A stretch of DNA of 64,000 bases from Nostoc sp. (GCA_036918135.1 JBALDB010000051.1:160001-224000); one strand, 5' to 3'. Shown: positions 31,401-43,374, counted from the first letter of the stretch. The notes: generated by a model not told the origin, from the letters alone. Numbers and translations are program-made.

Positions 31401-31919
31401 ATTCTATTTCTCCGTGTAAAATAGTAGACGCAAATTATTTTTTATCTAGTCCAGTCCAAAATTACTAGGCTAAAATTCTTTGACTCACCTGCTTTTATAG
31501 ACATGTATAAACGTGTTGATTTCTTGGATAACTCCAAGCACACTGCAAACTGAAACTAGTTTTTGTGGTACGAGCCGGGCCATGAACCGCAGTAAGAGAT
31601 TACAACTAAATATCATTAACATCCCAGTCGATAACAATACCAACGCAACAGAAACAAGTACATTTGTCAAGTGACGTATCTTGCCTCTGACTACAATAGT
31701 GACAAGTTTTTAATGTATTGCGTTGAGCAATTATATGAACAAAGTTTTTGCTTAAAACACGCTTGTATTTAAGTTACCTTCAGAAAAACCTCTAAAGAAT
31801 ATACATACCATAATTAGTGACAAGTGAAAGAATCTAAAGCTATTTCATTTTCAGGAGTAGCACTTGATGACCTAATTTCGGATTATACCGTTTGTAAGGA
31901 TTCTTCTAAAAGCTCTTAG

Positions 31920-33354
31920 CGCTCTTCCATCACTCTAAGCAGAGGAAAATAGAAAATCCTCATATTCATAGCAGTCTGGAACAGCGCCGCGCATTCGATT
32001 CATCAATGCAATTAGTGTTAAAAAACCATCTGACAAATGTGAAATAAGAAAAACCTTGAGCCAGGGTTTGATTAGATTACAAAATTGGTATGGTTGGATA
32101 ATCAGGCGTAGATTGTTGAGTATATTCTTCCAACCTAAACCGAAGTCCCACCAATCATGCTCTCGGAATTTCTTCACAACTGGGTCTATGGGATGGTTTA
32201 TCCCTTGAACAGCAGTATTATTCAAAACTTGAGAATGAAGACTGACCATGAGATAAGCACTCATTACAATTTCCCACCATTTCTGAATTTGAGAATAGTC
32301 AGTCACTCGAAAATCAGCCCAACCTAATTCATTTTTACTTTGCTTCAGTCCATATTCAACCCAGTTCCTTAAGCCATATAAATTTCCAACTTCCTTATAC
32401 TTAATTCCTCGGACAAGGGTCATAATAAACTAAGTTGAATTTTGAGGTAAAGTCTCTGGATCGGTTGTAACTTGCCAATATTGAATGTCGTGACGCTTAC
32501 TAAATACTATCTCTCTAATATACCTTTTTTCTTGTTTATCATCAGAAAATATACGTTTATAAGGTCGCCAACGGTTATATCTGATTTTCTGACCAGGCGG
32601 TAGCCACACTCCATGATTGCTCCGAATCGCTACTACAAAATCTAGTTCTAATTCGCACAACACACTCAGCAAGTTGCATTCGGCGAAGCCGTGTCGAAGA
32701 CTCTCGCTTTCACTATACAGAGTATCTGCTAGTACCAGCTTGAAGCTAAACCTCATGACTCGGAGTTTTCTAATCATAGAAGCGGCGATTTCTGGTTTAG
32801 TCTGGTAGACATCTAGTTCTAGTAATCTTATATTTAGATTTATAAACTTCAAACATTAAGGGAAATGTCATACCCTCGAATAGACCATAAGCTGTAACGG
32901 CTACTATTCCGTTCTCTATTTTTCCCAAATTGCCAATATATTGTCGTTTGACATAATCTGTTGTACTCTCCTTCTTTGGATCTCCTGTTTCATCAATAAT
33001 TAGTATGATTTCTCACCTTAACAGTACTTGTAGTATCAGCTTTAATCTCCCTTCCCTCAATTGCTCAACTTCCCGCAGTGATTCTGTCAAGAAATGCAAT
33101 AGCCCTTGCTCATTACTTAAGCCCACCATGCGTGATATTACTGGTATTTTGCGTTTAATATCGGAAATCATCCCTACGTGAAGATATTTAAACGCCTCAA
33201 AACTTCTGACCTCTGGAAATAGTTTTCTATACCATTGACAGTAATCGTCAACAAATTTGATTGTTTCGACAGGCTTTCTTGCCTCAAACATAGACTAAAC
33301 AAAGCTTTGCGTCACTTCCCTAATTTATTCTCTCACGAGAGTGATGGAAGAGCG
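31920..33354 (-). mobile_element. IS701-family insertion sequence with inactivated transposase
   Basis: Perfect inverted repeat TAGCGCTCTTCCATCACTCT at 31917-31936 and 33338-33357. The transposase is split into fragments 33013-33291, 32430-32852 and 31935-32423 (IIDETG-region DNA, LADTLY, RNWVEYGLKQSKNELGWADF). Confidence 0.9.
31935..33291 (-). pseudogene. IS701-family DDE transposase, frameshifted with in-frame stops
   Basis: Three collinear ORF fragments between the terminal repeats. Confidence 0.88.
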
Positions 33355-33576
33355 CTAAACTTGATAGCAATAAATTTTGAAAAGCTCTCCTGTTCTAGAT
33401 TACTATTAACACTTAAGCAGCAATTTAATTGTTGCTACATCAAGTAAAAAGATAAATTTCTTCTACAACGTCCAGTGTCAATTCCACCTTAGTTTTTATT
33501 TTGTAACAGCAAGCGCTCGGCTTGCGATCGCACCAGAAGCGCTTGTGCGTAGTTTTTATTACTTTTATGAGCAATC

Positions 33577-34728
33577 CTAAAGATTTCTCAAAAACCTCGC
33601 CACCCCTTGCCAAATTGAAGTTGACTTCCTATTACTCTCACTACCGCGACTCAAATCTGACAAAGTGGGAAACGATGCAGATTTAGCATAAACTCCATTT
33701 TGCAAAACTTTTGCTAGGGCATTATTATCTTCTCGCAACCCTTCATAAAAAAAGAATACCTCACCTTGAATACCAATTTGGCGATTGTATTCAATTGCTT
33801 GTACCAAATATTCTGGACTAATACAATAATTGCCAAGCTTGATCAGAATTCCTGGCGCTAACTTGGACAAAGTTGCATCAGTGAACTGTTGAGTTACCAG
33901 TTGATTGGCCATCGCCTGATAACTTCTAAAGTCACGGCGATAAATCTGCGGGTTTATAATATCAACTATTCCCCGCTTCAGCCACGCAGGGGAATCTTGC
34001 AGATATTCCTGGAAAGCCCAATCATAAATATTAGGTGCGATCGCTACTAATAAATTAGGATTTACTGCTTTGACTTGCTGATACAGATGTGCCCAGAAAT
34101 CAGTGAGAATATCAGCACGCCACTGTAGCCATTGCCTATCCTTAGGATTTGGCGGCGGATCGCGATCGAATTCCTGGCGGTAACGTGTTAAAGTTAATCG
34201 ATCGTAGCCTCCTTCACTTGGAAATGCTGGTAAGCGATCGTCTCCTTGTATACCATCAACATCATAATTTTTTACAACTTCTAGTACTAAGTTTAATAAG
34301 AATTCCTGCACTTGGGGATCGAGGGCATTCAACCACTCAAAGCCGTTTTTCTTTAGTAAATTACTATTGCGATCGCGTCCAGCCCATTCTGGTTTTTGAG
34401 CTAAAAGAGTACCGCCATTCAAATTATAGGAACTGGCAAAACCATATTCAAACCAAGGGATGACTTTCAACCCAACTCGCCGCGCCTCTACTACCACTTC
34501 TTCTAAAGGGTCGCGTCCTGCACACATAGGGTTAATTTCAACCCCAAAAGTCTGCTGCATCATTTGACTCGGATACAAAGTTACTGCTTGGTTCCAAACT
34601 ACAGGAAACACTACATTAAATCCTGTCTGGGCAATAAAATCCATTGCCTTAGCAATACCTTGCTTTGACCTAAGAACTTTACTATCAGTAGTGGTCAGCC
34701 AGATACCACGTGTTTCTATTGTTGCCAT
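33577..34728 (-). CDS. Glycoside hydrolase-like family 10 (DUF187) protein
   Basis: ETRGIWL, GFNVVFPVVW, VIPWFEYG, YDVDGIQGDD and WLQWR. Confidence 0.85.
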   Translation of the reverse strand: MATIETRGIWLTTTDSKVLRSKQGIAKAMDFIAQTGFNVVFPVVWNQAVTLYPSQMMQQTFGVEINPMCAGRDPLEEVVVEARRVGLKVIPWFEYGFASSYNLNGGTLLAQKPEWAGRDRNSNLLKKNGFEWLNALDPQVQEFLLNLVLEVVKNYDVDGIQGDDRLPAFPSEGGYDRLTLTRYRQEFDRDPPPNPKDRQWLQWRADILTDFWAHLYQQVKAVNPNLLVAIAPNIYDWAFQEYLQDSPAWLKRGIVDIINPQIYRRDFRSYQAMANQLVTQQFTDATLSKLAPGILIKLGNYCISPEYLVQAIEYNRQIGIQGEVFFFYEGLREDNNALAKVLQNGVYAKSASFPTLSDLSRGSESNRKSTSIWQGVARFLRNL

Positions 34729-34933
34729 TTGCCGAAATGTAAATTATCAGAATTTGCGAGTCAATAGTCGAATCTAGATTAGTAATTTAGTCTAATAATT
34801 TATATCTATCTGAGGATATTTTTTAATAACCTGTTCTCCTGATTCTGTCTTTCAATAGATGTCATAATACTCAAAATAATTTCAAATATAATATGTAAAC
34901 TAACTGGTTGATTATACTTAAATTATATTAATT

Positions 34934-35797
34934 ATGTCTGGAATAAAACCTTCTTGGAAACACGAATATATAAATACTAATGGGGTGAAGCTACACTATG
35001 TTACCCAAGGTGAAGGGCCATTAATGTTGATGTTGCACGGTTTTCCAGAATTTTGGTACTCTTGGCGGCATCAAATACCAGAATTTGCTCAAGATTTTAA
35101 AGTTGTTGCCATTGACTTGCGTGGCTATAACGATAGTGATAAGCCAGCAGAGCAATCAGCTTATGTTATGGATGAATTTATTAAAGATGTTGAGGGAGTA
35201 ATTAAAGGATTAGGATACGAAAAATGTGTTTTAGTTGGACATGATTGGGGAGGAGCGATCGCTTGGGTTTTTGCTTATGCTCACCCCGAAATGATAGAGC
35301 GATTAATTATTCTTAACCTGCCTCATCCTGCTAAATTTGCCCAAGGCTTACGCACTCCCCAACAATTGTTACGAAGTTATTACATATTTATTTTTCAACT
35401 TCCGTGGATACCAGAATTACTTTTACAATTTTCAGATTATCAAATAATTACAATAGCTTTTGAAGGTACAGCAGTTAATAAAACTGCTTTCACACAAGCA
35501 GATATTAATGCGTATAAAGATGCTGCGGCAAAACGCGGTGCGCTTACAGCAATGTTAAACTATTACCGCAATATTTTTCAGCAGAAAATGCTAAATCCAA
35601 ATTGGGGAATTTTGCAAGTACCAACACTGATGATTTGGGGAGAAAATGACACTGCACTTGGCAAGGAACTAACTTATGATACAGCAACTTATGTTAGAGA
35701 CTTTCAAATCAAGTACATTCCTAATTGTGGCCATTGGGTGCAACAAGAACAGCCAGAGTTAGTTAATCAGTATATGAAAGAGTTTCTTAGGACTTAG
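34934..35797 (+). CDS. Alpha/beta hydrolase, epoxide hydrolase-like
   Basis: HGFPE oxyanion motif, GHDWGG nucleophile, NYYR and GHWVQQE. Confidence 0.9.
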   Translation: MSGIKPSWKHEYINTNGVKLHYVTQGEGPLMLMLHGFPEFWYSWRHQIPEFAQDFKVVAIDLRGYNDSDKPAEQSAYVMDEFIKDVEGVIKGLGYEKCVLVGHDWGGAIAWVFAYAHPEMIERLIILNLPHPAKFAQGLRTPQQLLRSYYIFIFQLPWIPELLLQFSDYQIITIAFEGTAVNKTAFTQADINAYKDAAAKRGALTAMLNYYRNIFQQKMLNPNWGILQVPTLMIWGENDTALGKELTYDTATYVRDFQIKYIPNCGHWVQQEQPELVNQYMKEFLRT

Positions 35798-36105
35798 TTT
35801 AACAAATACTATTAAGCTAAACGGTTAACTTGAAAGTATAAATACTTATTTTGATAGATGAACTCTGCCGAGTGGTGTAGGCTTTTCGAGATATTTAATG
35901 CTAATTTAATATCAGCAGATTTTCAGGGCTTATTTGAGTAAAATAGCCAAAAATTTGGATAAATCGCATTTTTTGTGTCCCTGTTATCCTTGCTTAATTA
36001 CCACAACAATCCTCTCACGTCAATCTGGAACCTAAAGAAGTTTGGTGAGATAATAGAACTGTGAGGTAAAGAACGGACGCAACTTGATAATCAAGGGGGA
36101 AAATT

Positions 36106-36561
36106 ATGAAACTCCAGCTATTAGTGGCCACAGCCTTAGCAAGTCCCCTATTTTTCATTAGCTCGGTTAGAGCTGAAAATCCGCAGGACTTACAAAAACT
36201 ACTTTCGACTGGGGAATGTATCCAGTGCGATTTATCGGGAGCTAACCTTAGTGGCGCTCATTTAATTGGTGCTGACTTAAGAGGATCGAAGCTTCAAAAA
36301 GCCAACCTTGTAGGGGCAAATCTAGAAGGTGCAGACTTAACTGGTGCTAACTTGGCAGGTGCTAACTTAACATCAGCTTATGTAACTAATGTAAATATGA
36401 AACAAGCCAATCTCGATCGGGTTAATTTTACTCGCGCGACGATTCACGATTCTAATGTGTACAAAGCATCAATGAACGATCTCAATCTCACTGATGCCGA
36501 AATATTTAACACTGGAATCGGTATTGGTGGAGAAGATGCCGAGATTCCCGATTGGAAATAA
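36106..36561 (+). CDS. Pentapeptide repeat protein with signal peptide
   Basis: Signal peptide, CxxC and then A(D/N)LxG repeats. Confidence 0.9.
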   Translation: MKLQLLVATALASPLFFISSVRAENPQDLQKLLSTGECIQCDLSGANLSGAHLIGADLRGSKLQKANLVGANLEGADLTGANLAGANLTSAYVTNVNMKQANLDRVNFTRATIHDSNVYKASMNDLNLTDAEIFNTGIGIGGEDAEIPDWK

Positions 36562-36950
36562 GCTCAGCCAAATGGGCGGGTTAAAATAAATACAACATAA
36601 GTTTTGACGGATTTTTAATCAAAGAAACTAGTTGTTCGCAAGCATTTTCTTGAAACCTGCCTTTCCAATAATATTAAGATAAGTAAAACCCTCTACCTTG
36701 CTGTTACTTCACCATGATTAAGGTAGAGGAATTTTTTTATAAAAAGTAGAATTACAATTAGTAATTATTGTTTAATAACTGTTTTAAAAATTTTAACTAA
36801 TCTGCTTAACTGTCTTCAATTAATTACTCAACTGTTGATTTAATTGTGCGTTGAGTGCGACAGTTTAAAGATAAATGAGGGCATAGCAATTTGTAAAGTT
36901 GCCAATACCCTCAAAATAAATAAGCTAGATTTTTGTAGCAGCGTATAATT

Positions 36951-38222
36951 TTAAGTTAGTGCCTGAGCAACTGCTGAAAGTGACTCGTTTGCTGCTTGCT
37001 TCAACAATTCCGCTCTATCGGTTTGTTCCCAAGGCAAGTCTAAATCACCCCGCCCAAAGTGACCGTAAGCCGCGACGTCCTGATAAAAACGTCCGCCTCG
37101 TTCATTTGGTAAGTTGCGTAAATTGAAGGTGTGGATAATCCCGGCTGGACGCAGTTCAAAGTGCTGCTTGATTAATTCCAGCAAGGTTTCTTCATCGACT
37201 TTGCCAGTGCCAAATGTATCCACCAGAATACTAGTTGGTCTTGCTACGCCGATAGCATAGGACAGCTGGATTTCAACTTTTTCTGCCAACCCTGCGGCAA
37301 CAATATTTTTTGCCACATAGCGAGCTGCATAAGCAGCAGAACGGTCTACTTTGGTGGGGTCTTTGCCAGAAAAAGCACCGCCACCATGTCGTGAATAGCC
37401 ACCATAGGTGTCAACGATTATTTTCCGTCCTGTCAGACCAGAGTCTCCTTGGGGGCCACCAACCACAAATTTGCCAGTGGGATTGACTAAAAAGCGTGTT
37501 TCCTCATTTGGCTTAACGTCGATGTCGCCAAAAACAGGTTCAACTACAGCCGACCATAGGTCTTGTTTAATTTTGGCTTGTACCGCCGCCTCATCTGTGA
37601 TTTCTCCAATATTGGCTGTATGTTGGGTGGAAATCAAGATAGTATCAATCCCTACAGCACGTCCATCTTCGTAAACTACAGTAACTTGGGTTTTGCCGTC
37701 AGGACGCAAGTATGGCAATTCACCTGTTTTGCGAACTGCTGCTAATCGGCGAGCGATGCGGTGAGCCAGACTGATGGGCAAGGGCATCAGTTCTGGTGTT
37801 TCGTTACTGGCAAAACCAAACATTATACCTTGATCGCCAGCGCCAATTTTGTCGAATTGTTGATCGCTATCTTCCTGGCGGGTTTCTTGAGCAGTGTTAA
37901 CCCCTTGGGCAATATCAGGTGATTGTTCGTCTAAAGCTAGCAGAACGCTGGTGCTGTTCGCAGAAAAACCGTTATCAGCATTAATATAGCCGATTTCGGC
38001 AATTTTCTTGCGGGCGAGATTCACGAAATTCACATTTGCTTTGGTAGTGATTTCACCAGTAATTAGCACTAATCCAGTATTAACTACTACTTCAGCCGCT
38101 ACACGACTGCTGGGGTCTTGTGTCAGTAAGGCATCAAGGATAGTATCAGAAATCTGATCGCAGATTTTATCTGGATGACCTTCAGTGACTGACTCGGAGG
38201 TAAATAAATATCGACGAGACAA
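36951..38222 (-). CDS. metK: S-adenosylmethionine synthetase
   Basis: [26 protein letters not shown] and GGGAFSGKD signatures. Confidence 0.98.
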   Translation of the reverse strand: MSRRYLFTSESVTEGHPDKICDQISDTILDALLTQDPSSRVAAEVVVNTGLVLITGEITTKANVNFVNLARKKIAEIGYINADNGFSANSTSVLLALDEQSPDIAQGVNTAQETRQEDSDQQFDKIGAGDQGIMFGFASNETPELMPLPISLAHRIARRLAAVRKTGELPYLRPDGKTQVTVVYEDGRAVGIDTILISTQHTANIGEITDEAAVQAKIKQDLWSAVVEPVFGDIDVKPNEETRFLVNPTGKFVVGGPQGDSGLTGRKIIVDTYGGYSRHGGGAFSGKDPTKVDRSAAYAARYVAKNIVAAGLAEKVEIQLSYAIGVARPTSILVDTFGTGKVDEETLLELIKQHFELRPAGIIHTFNLRNLPNERGGRFYQDVAAYGHFGRGDLDLPWEQTDRAELLKQAANESLSAVAQALT

Positions 38223-38703
38223 AGGTAATTCCTCCTTTAAGAGTATTTTCGCTGATTAAATATAGGTATTGAGTTCAACTACCTAATTTATGAAATCATA
38301 ACAACATTTATACTGGAGTCGTTAGTGTCTTTTGAAGATCGAGTAAAACTACTAGATGAGTCAGATTTAAATTAGAAAAAAGATTACCAGAAAATACGGA
38401 CAGTTAGATGAGAGCAAGCAATAAGAAATCAGCATTTAGAAGCTACAACGCTCCTAGAGAAAAGCACTTAGCAAGCGATCGCATAATTACAATAATTCAT
38501 TGCTCTTGATTCTTTGTTGGTGTCAGGTGAGGAAAGTGTTGACACTCATGCTGGTTTATTATCGCTACTTTGATGAAGAAATTTAAACAATTTTAGATGT
38601 ATCTAACCACTGAAATGAGTATGTTTCAATCCGGCATATTAGGCGCAAATATAAAAATATATATTTATATAAACAAAAGCAAGAATATTTAATCCGATTC
38701 TCA

Positions 38704-39675
38704 ATGTCACAGCATAATTCCGTTACTATAACTGACGTGCTAGCAGCACAAGAGCGCATTTTAGGAATTGCCCACCGCACACCTGTGCTAACTTCTAGAA
38801 TCGTTAACGATCGCACTAATAGCCAAGTGTTTTTTAAGTGCGAAAATTTTCAACGAACTGGTTCGTTTAAATTTCGAGGTGCATACAATGCCTTAGCGCA
38901 ACTATCGCTAGTACAAAAACAAACAGGCGTTCTCACTTATTCATCGGGAAATCATGCCCAAGCGATCGCCTTAGCTGGACAACTACTAAATATTCCCACT
39001 ACCATTGTCATGCCTGATGATGCACCCACTGTCAAACAAACTGCAACTCGCAGTTACGGTGCAGAGGTGATTTTGTACAATCGCCAAACAACAAACCGGG
39101 AAGAATTAGCCCAAAATTTAGCAAAGGATAGGAATCTCACACTGATTCCGCCATACGATCATCCCCATGTAGTTGCAGGACAAGGTACAGCAGCTTTAGA
39201 ACTGATTCAAGAAGTTGGTCAATTGGACTTACTATTAGTTTGTTGTGGCGGTGGTGGATTACTTTCCGGTTGTGCGATCGCCACCAAAGCACTTTTACCC
39301 GATTGTAAAGTCATCGGCATAGAACCAGCACTTGCCGACGATGCCACCCGCTCGTTTTACAGCAAAACCCTGCAAACTGTCAAAAATCCCAATACCATAG
39401 CTGATGGTGCCCGGACTCCTAGCCTTGGTGAAATTACTTTTCCTTTGGTGCTGCGTTACGTCGATGAGATGGTGACGGTATCTGAAGAAGCGATTCTTCG
39501 CAGCATGTTTTTTTTATGGGAACGTCTGAAAATTGTAGTAGAACCCACAGGAGTATTAGCTGCGGCCGCCTTACTCGAAGGTGTGGTAACAGCACCGCAA
39601 ACAAAGATTGGTGCGATCGTCAGCGGTGGGAATGTAGATTTAACCCAAATTGGTAAATTGTTTTCTCAATATTGA
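38704..39675 (+). CDS. PLP-dependent threonine/serine ammonia-lyase family enzyme (hydroxyaspartate ammonia-lyase / serine racemase-like)
   Basis: KCENFQRTGSFKFRGA PLP lysine motif, SSGNHAQ, GGGGL and SGGN; no C-terminal regulatory domain. Confidence 0.85.
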   Translation: MSQHNSVTITDVLAAQERILGIAHRTPVLTSRIVNDRTNSQVFFKCENFQRTGSFKFRGAYNALAQLSLVQKQTGVLTYSSGNHAQAIALAGQLLNIPTTIVMPDDAPTVKQTATRSYGAEVILYNRQTTNREELAQNLAKDRNLTLIPPYDHPHVVAGQGTAALELIQEVGQLDLLLVCCGGGGLLSGCAIATKALLPDCKVIGIEPALADDATRSFYSKTLQTVKNPNTIADGARTPSLGEITFPLVLRYVDEMVTVSEEAILRSMFFLWERLKIVVEPTGVLAAAALLEGVVTAPQTKIGAIVSGGNVDLTQIGKLFSQY

Positions 39676-39768
39676 TGAATACAATAATATAAAGTAAATC
39701 AAGAGTTTTTACCAAAATTATTTACATATGTTAACATTATGTCCTAAATTTAGGTGCAATTACTCATT

Positions 39769-41088
39769 ATGACCCTGACCAAGGCCGATCTCAAGGATTC
39801 AGAGCAAGTGACTCGGTTATTTTCTCACCTTGAATTTAATGAAAATAAGCTCAATCATCAACCAGGTAGTGTATTAGGGAGTACGGCGCTGATTGCAGGA
39901 ACCACAGTCGGAGCCGGGATTCTTGCCCTACCTGCGGTCACTCTACCGTCAGGGATTTTACCATCCACATTTGGGTTGATTGCTGTTTGGCTCTACGCTT
40001 TAGTTTCAGGTTTATTGATTGCAGAGGTGACTCTAAGTGCCATGCGTCTACAAGGGCGTGCGAGTATAGGTCTGTTGGGAGTTATTGAGAACACCCTGGG
40101 AAAGTCGGGAGCGCAAGTTGCTAGCGGTGCATATTTATTTATGCACTATGCTCTATTGGTAGCATATATTACTCAAGGTGGGGAAATTTTAGGCTCGGCG
40201 ATCGCTAAACTTTGGGGTGTGCAGAACTCATTACCTGTATGGGTAGGCACAACAACCTTTACGCTCATCTTTGGCGGTATTATGTATGTCGGGCGAGAAA
40301 AGTTTATTGAAAAATTAAACAGCGCCTTTGTAGGAATTGTGCTTGTTTCCTTCTTGGGACTATTATTGCTGGCTGGAGGACAAGTTAAGAGTAGCCAATT
40401 CTTAATTCAGGACTGGAGTGCGCTTGGTAGTGCGGTTTCAGTTATGTGTGTAGCACTGTTTTATCAAAACGTTGTGCCGGTGGTTGTCACCCAACTCGAA
40501 GGAGATGTCCGCAAAATTCGTCAGTCCATCTTCATCGGTTCATTGATTCCCTTAATCATGTTCTTGGCGTGGAATGCTGTAATTTTAGCAAGCTTCAGTC
40601 CTGATATGGTACACAGCACATCTGGCGGTAAAACTGTTTTTGACCCACTGCAAATTTTGCGAGCTGGCGGTGCAGGACAATGGTTAGGAGTGCTAGTATC
40701 GGTTTTTTCAGAGTTTGCGATCGCCACATCATTCATTGGATTTGTCTACGGTCTACTGGATATATTCAAAGATATTTTTCTAATTGCACAGAGCAAAGTT
40801 TCTACTCGCTTACCTCTGTATTCACTGGTTCTTTTTCCTCCTATGACTCTTGGTACGCTCAATCCCAACATTTTCTTTAGTGCCCTAGATTATACTGGAA
40901 CATTCAGCATCTCAGTTTTAGGTGGAATTCTTCCAGCATTAATGACTTGGAAGCAACGTCAAGAGCAAAAAAACTCGAATAGCACAAATCCACCACTCGT
41001 TCCTGGTGGGAAGGTGACACTGATTGTGATGATTATAGTGGCGTTAGTTCTAATGGTCAGACAAATTCTTTCAATTCACACAAATTAA
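39769..41088 (+). CDS. Aromatic amino acid permease (TyrP/HAAAP family)
   Basis: LIAGTTVGAGILALP, YALLVAY and AIATSFIG motifs; about 11 hydrophobic segments. Confidence 0.88.
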   Translation: MTLTKADLKDSEQVTRLFSHLEFNENKLNHQPGSVLGSTALIAGTTVGAGILALPAVTLPSGILPSTFGLIAVWLYALVSGLLIAEVTLSAMRLQGRASIGLLGVIENTLGKSGAQVASGAYLFMHYALLVAYITQGGEILGSAIAKLWGVQNSLPVWVGTTTFTLIFGGIMYVGREKFIEKLNSAFVGIVLVSFLGLLLLAGGQVKSSQFLIQDWSALGSAVSVMCVALFYQNVVPVVVTQLEGDVRKIRQSIFIGSLIPLIMFLAWNAVILASFSPDMVHSTSGGKTVFDPLQILRAGGAGQWLGVLVSVFSEFAIATSFIGFVYGLLDIFKDIFLIAQSKVSTRLPLYSLVLFPPMTLGTLNPNIFFSALDYTGTFSISVLGGILPALMTWKQRQEQKNSNSTNPPLVPGGKVTLIVMIIVALVLMVRQILSIHTN

Positions 41089-41160
41089 AACTATTAATCA
41101 AAATTATAGTGTAATATGTTAAGCAGAAATATGTAACATAATATATTACAGATAAATCAG

Positions 41161-41706
41161 ATGAGTGATTCTCGGTCGATCAAAATCAGCAAATATCTCA
41201 GTAAATATCTGCGACACACACCAGATGCAATTGGAATTGAACTTGCTCCTGGTGGTTGGGTAGCTGTTGATAAACTACTTACCGCTTGCGCTAAAAATAA
41301 ATTTCCCATTAGCCGTCAGGAATTACAGTTAGTAGTTGAATCTAGCGATAAACAACGCTTTTCTTTTGATTCTACAGGTACTTTAATTCGTGCTAACCAA
41401 GGACACAGTACAGAAGTTGATTTACAATTACAACCTATTGCTCCTCCAGACCAGCTTTATCATGGTACGGGACACAAATCTGTAGAGTCAATTCTAGAAA
41501 CAGGACTTCGGAAAATGTCACGTCACCATGTGCATTTATCTCAGGATATTACTACAGCACAAATTGTCGGTGCCAGACATGGAAAACCAGTAGTTTTTCT
41601 TGTAGATGCTGCGGCAATGCATCAGGCGGGTTATATCTTTTATTGTTCTGAGAATGCTGTTTGGTTGGTGGACGGTGTACCACCGGAATATCTCCATAAA
41701 ATTTGA
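41161..41706 (+). CDS. kptA: RNA 2'-phosphotransferase (Tpt1/KptA)
   Basis: LRH, DKQRF, IRANQGHS, YHGT and RHHVHLS motifs. Confidence 0.93.
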   Translation: MSDSRSIKISKYLSKYLRHTPDAIGIELAPGGWVAVDKLLTACAKNKFPISRQELQLVVESSDKQRFSFDSTGTLIRANQGHSTEVDLQLQPIAPPDQLYHGTGHKSVESILETGLRKMSRHHVHLSQDITTAQIVGARHGKPVVFLVDAAAMHQAGYIFYCSENAVWLVDGVPPEYLHKI

Positions 41707-41882
41707 ATTTTTAAAGCTGATTCAATTATAAAACTGCTATTTTTTTACTCACCTTCGACTCAAAATATTTCGATATTTTATTTAGCATGAATCAAAAAAA
41801 AATATAATTGTATTTTTTTAAAATTCACTTTGATAGTTAGCGATCGCATATGATTAGCCACCAATAAATATTTTTTATATTG

Positions 41883-42060
41883 TATAATGTCCGGTAAATC
41901 ACTTATAATATCATGTCACGCTAAATACTAGTGATTACGTTTGTCTTTGATGTTACTGTAAGGCACATAGCAATAGCAAAGTGAAGTAATCCCAGAGTCA
42001 TAATGATTGCTTTGTTCCATTTGCAATGGCATATTGTAAGTGATTAAGCGGATTGATATA
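41883..42060. mobile_element. MITE-like element (ATATCATGTC...-ended family)
   Basis: Left TATAATGTCCGGTAAATCACTTA followed by ATATCATGTCACGCTAAATACTA; right TAAGTGATTAAGCGGATTGATATA. Same end family as 43188-43374. Confidence 0.5.
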
Positions 42061-42247
42061 ATATGTCTTAAGCAAGTGAAACATCATACTATAATATATA
42101 GATTTAAGTGGTTATAACTGTTGACTGTGCTTCGCTACACTAATTGATTCTAAATTCTCCATTGTTCAACACCTATATCTTACGGTAGAAGGAAAACAGT
42201 ATTGTAATTCCTAAGCTAGTTATTAACTTTTCTCAGGAATTAAATTT

Positions 42248-42523
42248 ATGCTGAACATAATTGCTTGGATAATTCTAGGCTTAATTGCTGGAGCTATAGC
42301 AAAAGCTATTTATCCCGGTCGTCAAGGTGGTGGTATTGTTGCAACTATGGTATTAGGTATTGTAGGTGCTGTAATTGGCGGAATATTAGTTACTCTTTTG
42401 GAAACAGGTAGATTTCAATTAGCTGCTGCATCCCTCAGCATTCCGGGTATAATTGTTGCTGTGATTGGTGCAATCATTGCTATTTTTATATGGAATTTAG
42501 TAGCTGGACGTGCTAGTTATTAG
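42248..42523 (+). CDS. GlsB/YeaQ/YmgE family stress-response membrane protein
   Basis: WIILGLIAGAIAK..PG...GIVGAVIGG pattern, 91 aa. Confidence 0.9.
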   Translation: MLNIIAWIILGLIAGAIAKAIYPGRQGGGIVATMVLGIVGAVIGGILVTLLETGRFQLAAASLSIPGIIVAVIGAIIAIFIWNLVAGRASY

Positions 42524-42681
42524 TTAAATCAAATTGTTAGAAAAATTATGCTTGGAGCTAAGTTGTTAATAAATTTTGTTTACAGAAAAAACTCCACTTG
42601 AGAAAATTAGTGGAGTAATTGGTGTGAGATTGAATGTAATGAATCATTACTAAAATTACGAGTTAGATTGCATAAGCTAAA

Positions 42682-42864
42682 CTAGCTTAAGGTTTTCTTT
42701 ATTTCATCTTTAATGTTTTCTACAACATGAATAGATTGGGCTTCGGCTTGCTTTGCTTTTCCTTCAACTTTATCTTCGGGATTACCAGTAACTTCACCCA
42801 CAACCTCTTGAATTTTTCCTTCAATGTTTTTTGCAGTAGCTTCGATTCTTTTTTCGGCACTCAT
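42682..42864 (-). CDS. CsbD-family stress protein
   Basis: 60 aa with GKIQEVVGEVTGN...EGKAKQ. Confidence 0.88.
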   Translation of the reverse strand: MSAEKRIEATAKNIEGKIQEVVGEVTGNPEDKVEGKAKQAEAQSIHVVENIKDEIKKTLS

Positions 42865-43187
42865 GGTTTTGTCTCCGGCTTGTAGTTAGTAGAACTATTA
42901 CTAAATGTAGTAATAATGTATTGTTAGTTAGTTCCATCAAGGGAGATAAAATTTATAAAAATTATAGTATCTTAAGATAGATATTGTATGGTGTAATAGA
43001 ATATAATATTAAAAATCAAAGCTTTATAAAAAAATTTATCTATTTTGTAGAAGAAGTCATAATTTAATCAGCAGGTATATACGTAGGGGGTACATTTGTA
43101 CCTTCCTACAGTGTATTTTATATATGGTAAAGATTTTGAAAGGATTCAAATGGCACTTTAGTTAACTCTGTTAACATAGAGCAAGTG

Positions 43188-43374
43188 ATATCATGTCAGG
43201 TTGAATACTTATGATATCTTTGAGGGTAGGTAATGGGTAACGCTTCGGCTGCGCTCAGGGCAAGTGAGTAATGGGTAATCGTCAGTTATTTATTCCCTTT
43301 TTCCCAATTAGCTTTTTCCCAATCCCCAATTACCAACACGAACTATATTGTAAGTAATTAGCCGAACTTGATAT
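43188..43374. mobile_element. MITE-like element containing GGGTAAT / CCAAT heptamer repeats
   Basis: Ends ATATCATGTCAGGTTGAATACTTA and TAAGTAATTAGCCGAACTTGATAT. Confidence 0.55.

Noticed and set aside
31485..31670. 61-aa hydrophobic ORF as a precursor peptide
   Set aside because: TTG start, no clear ribosome-binding site, no leader/core pattern and no RiPP enzymes nearby.
38223..38703. SAM riboswitch upstream of metK
   Set aside because: No recognisable SAM-I/II consensus by eye; an Rfam scan would be needed.
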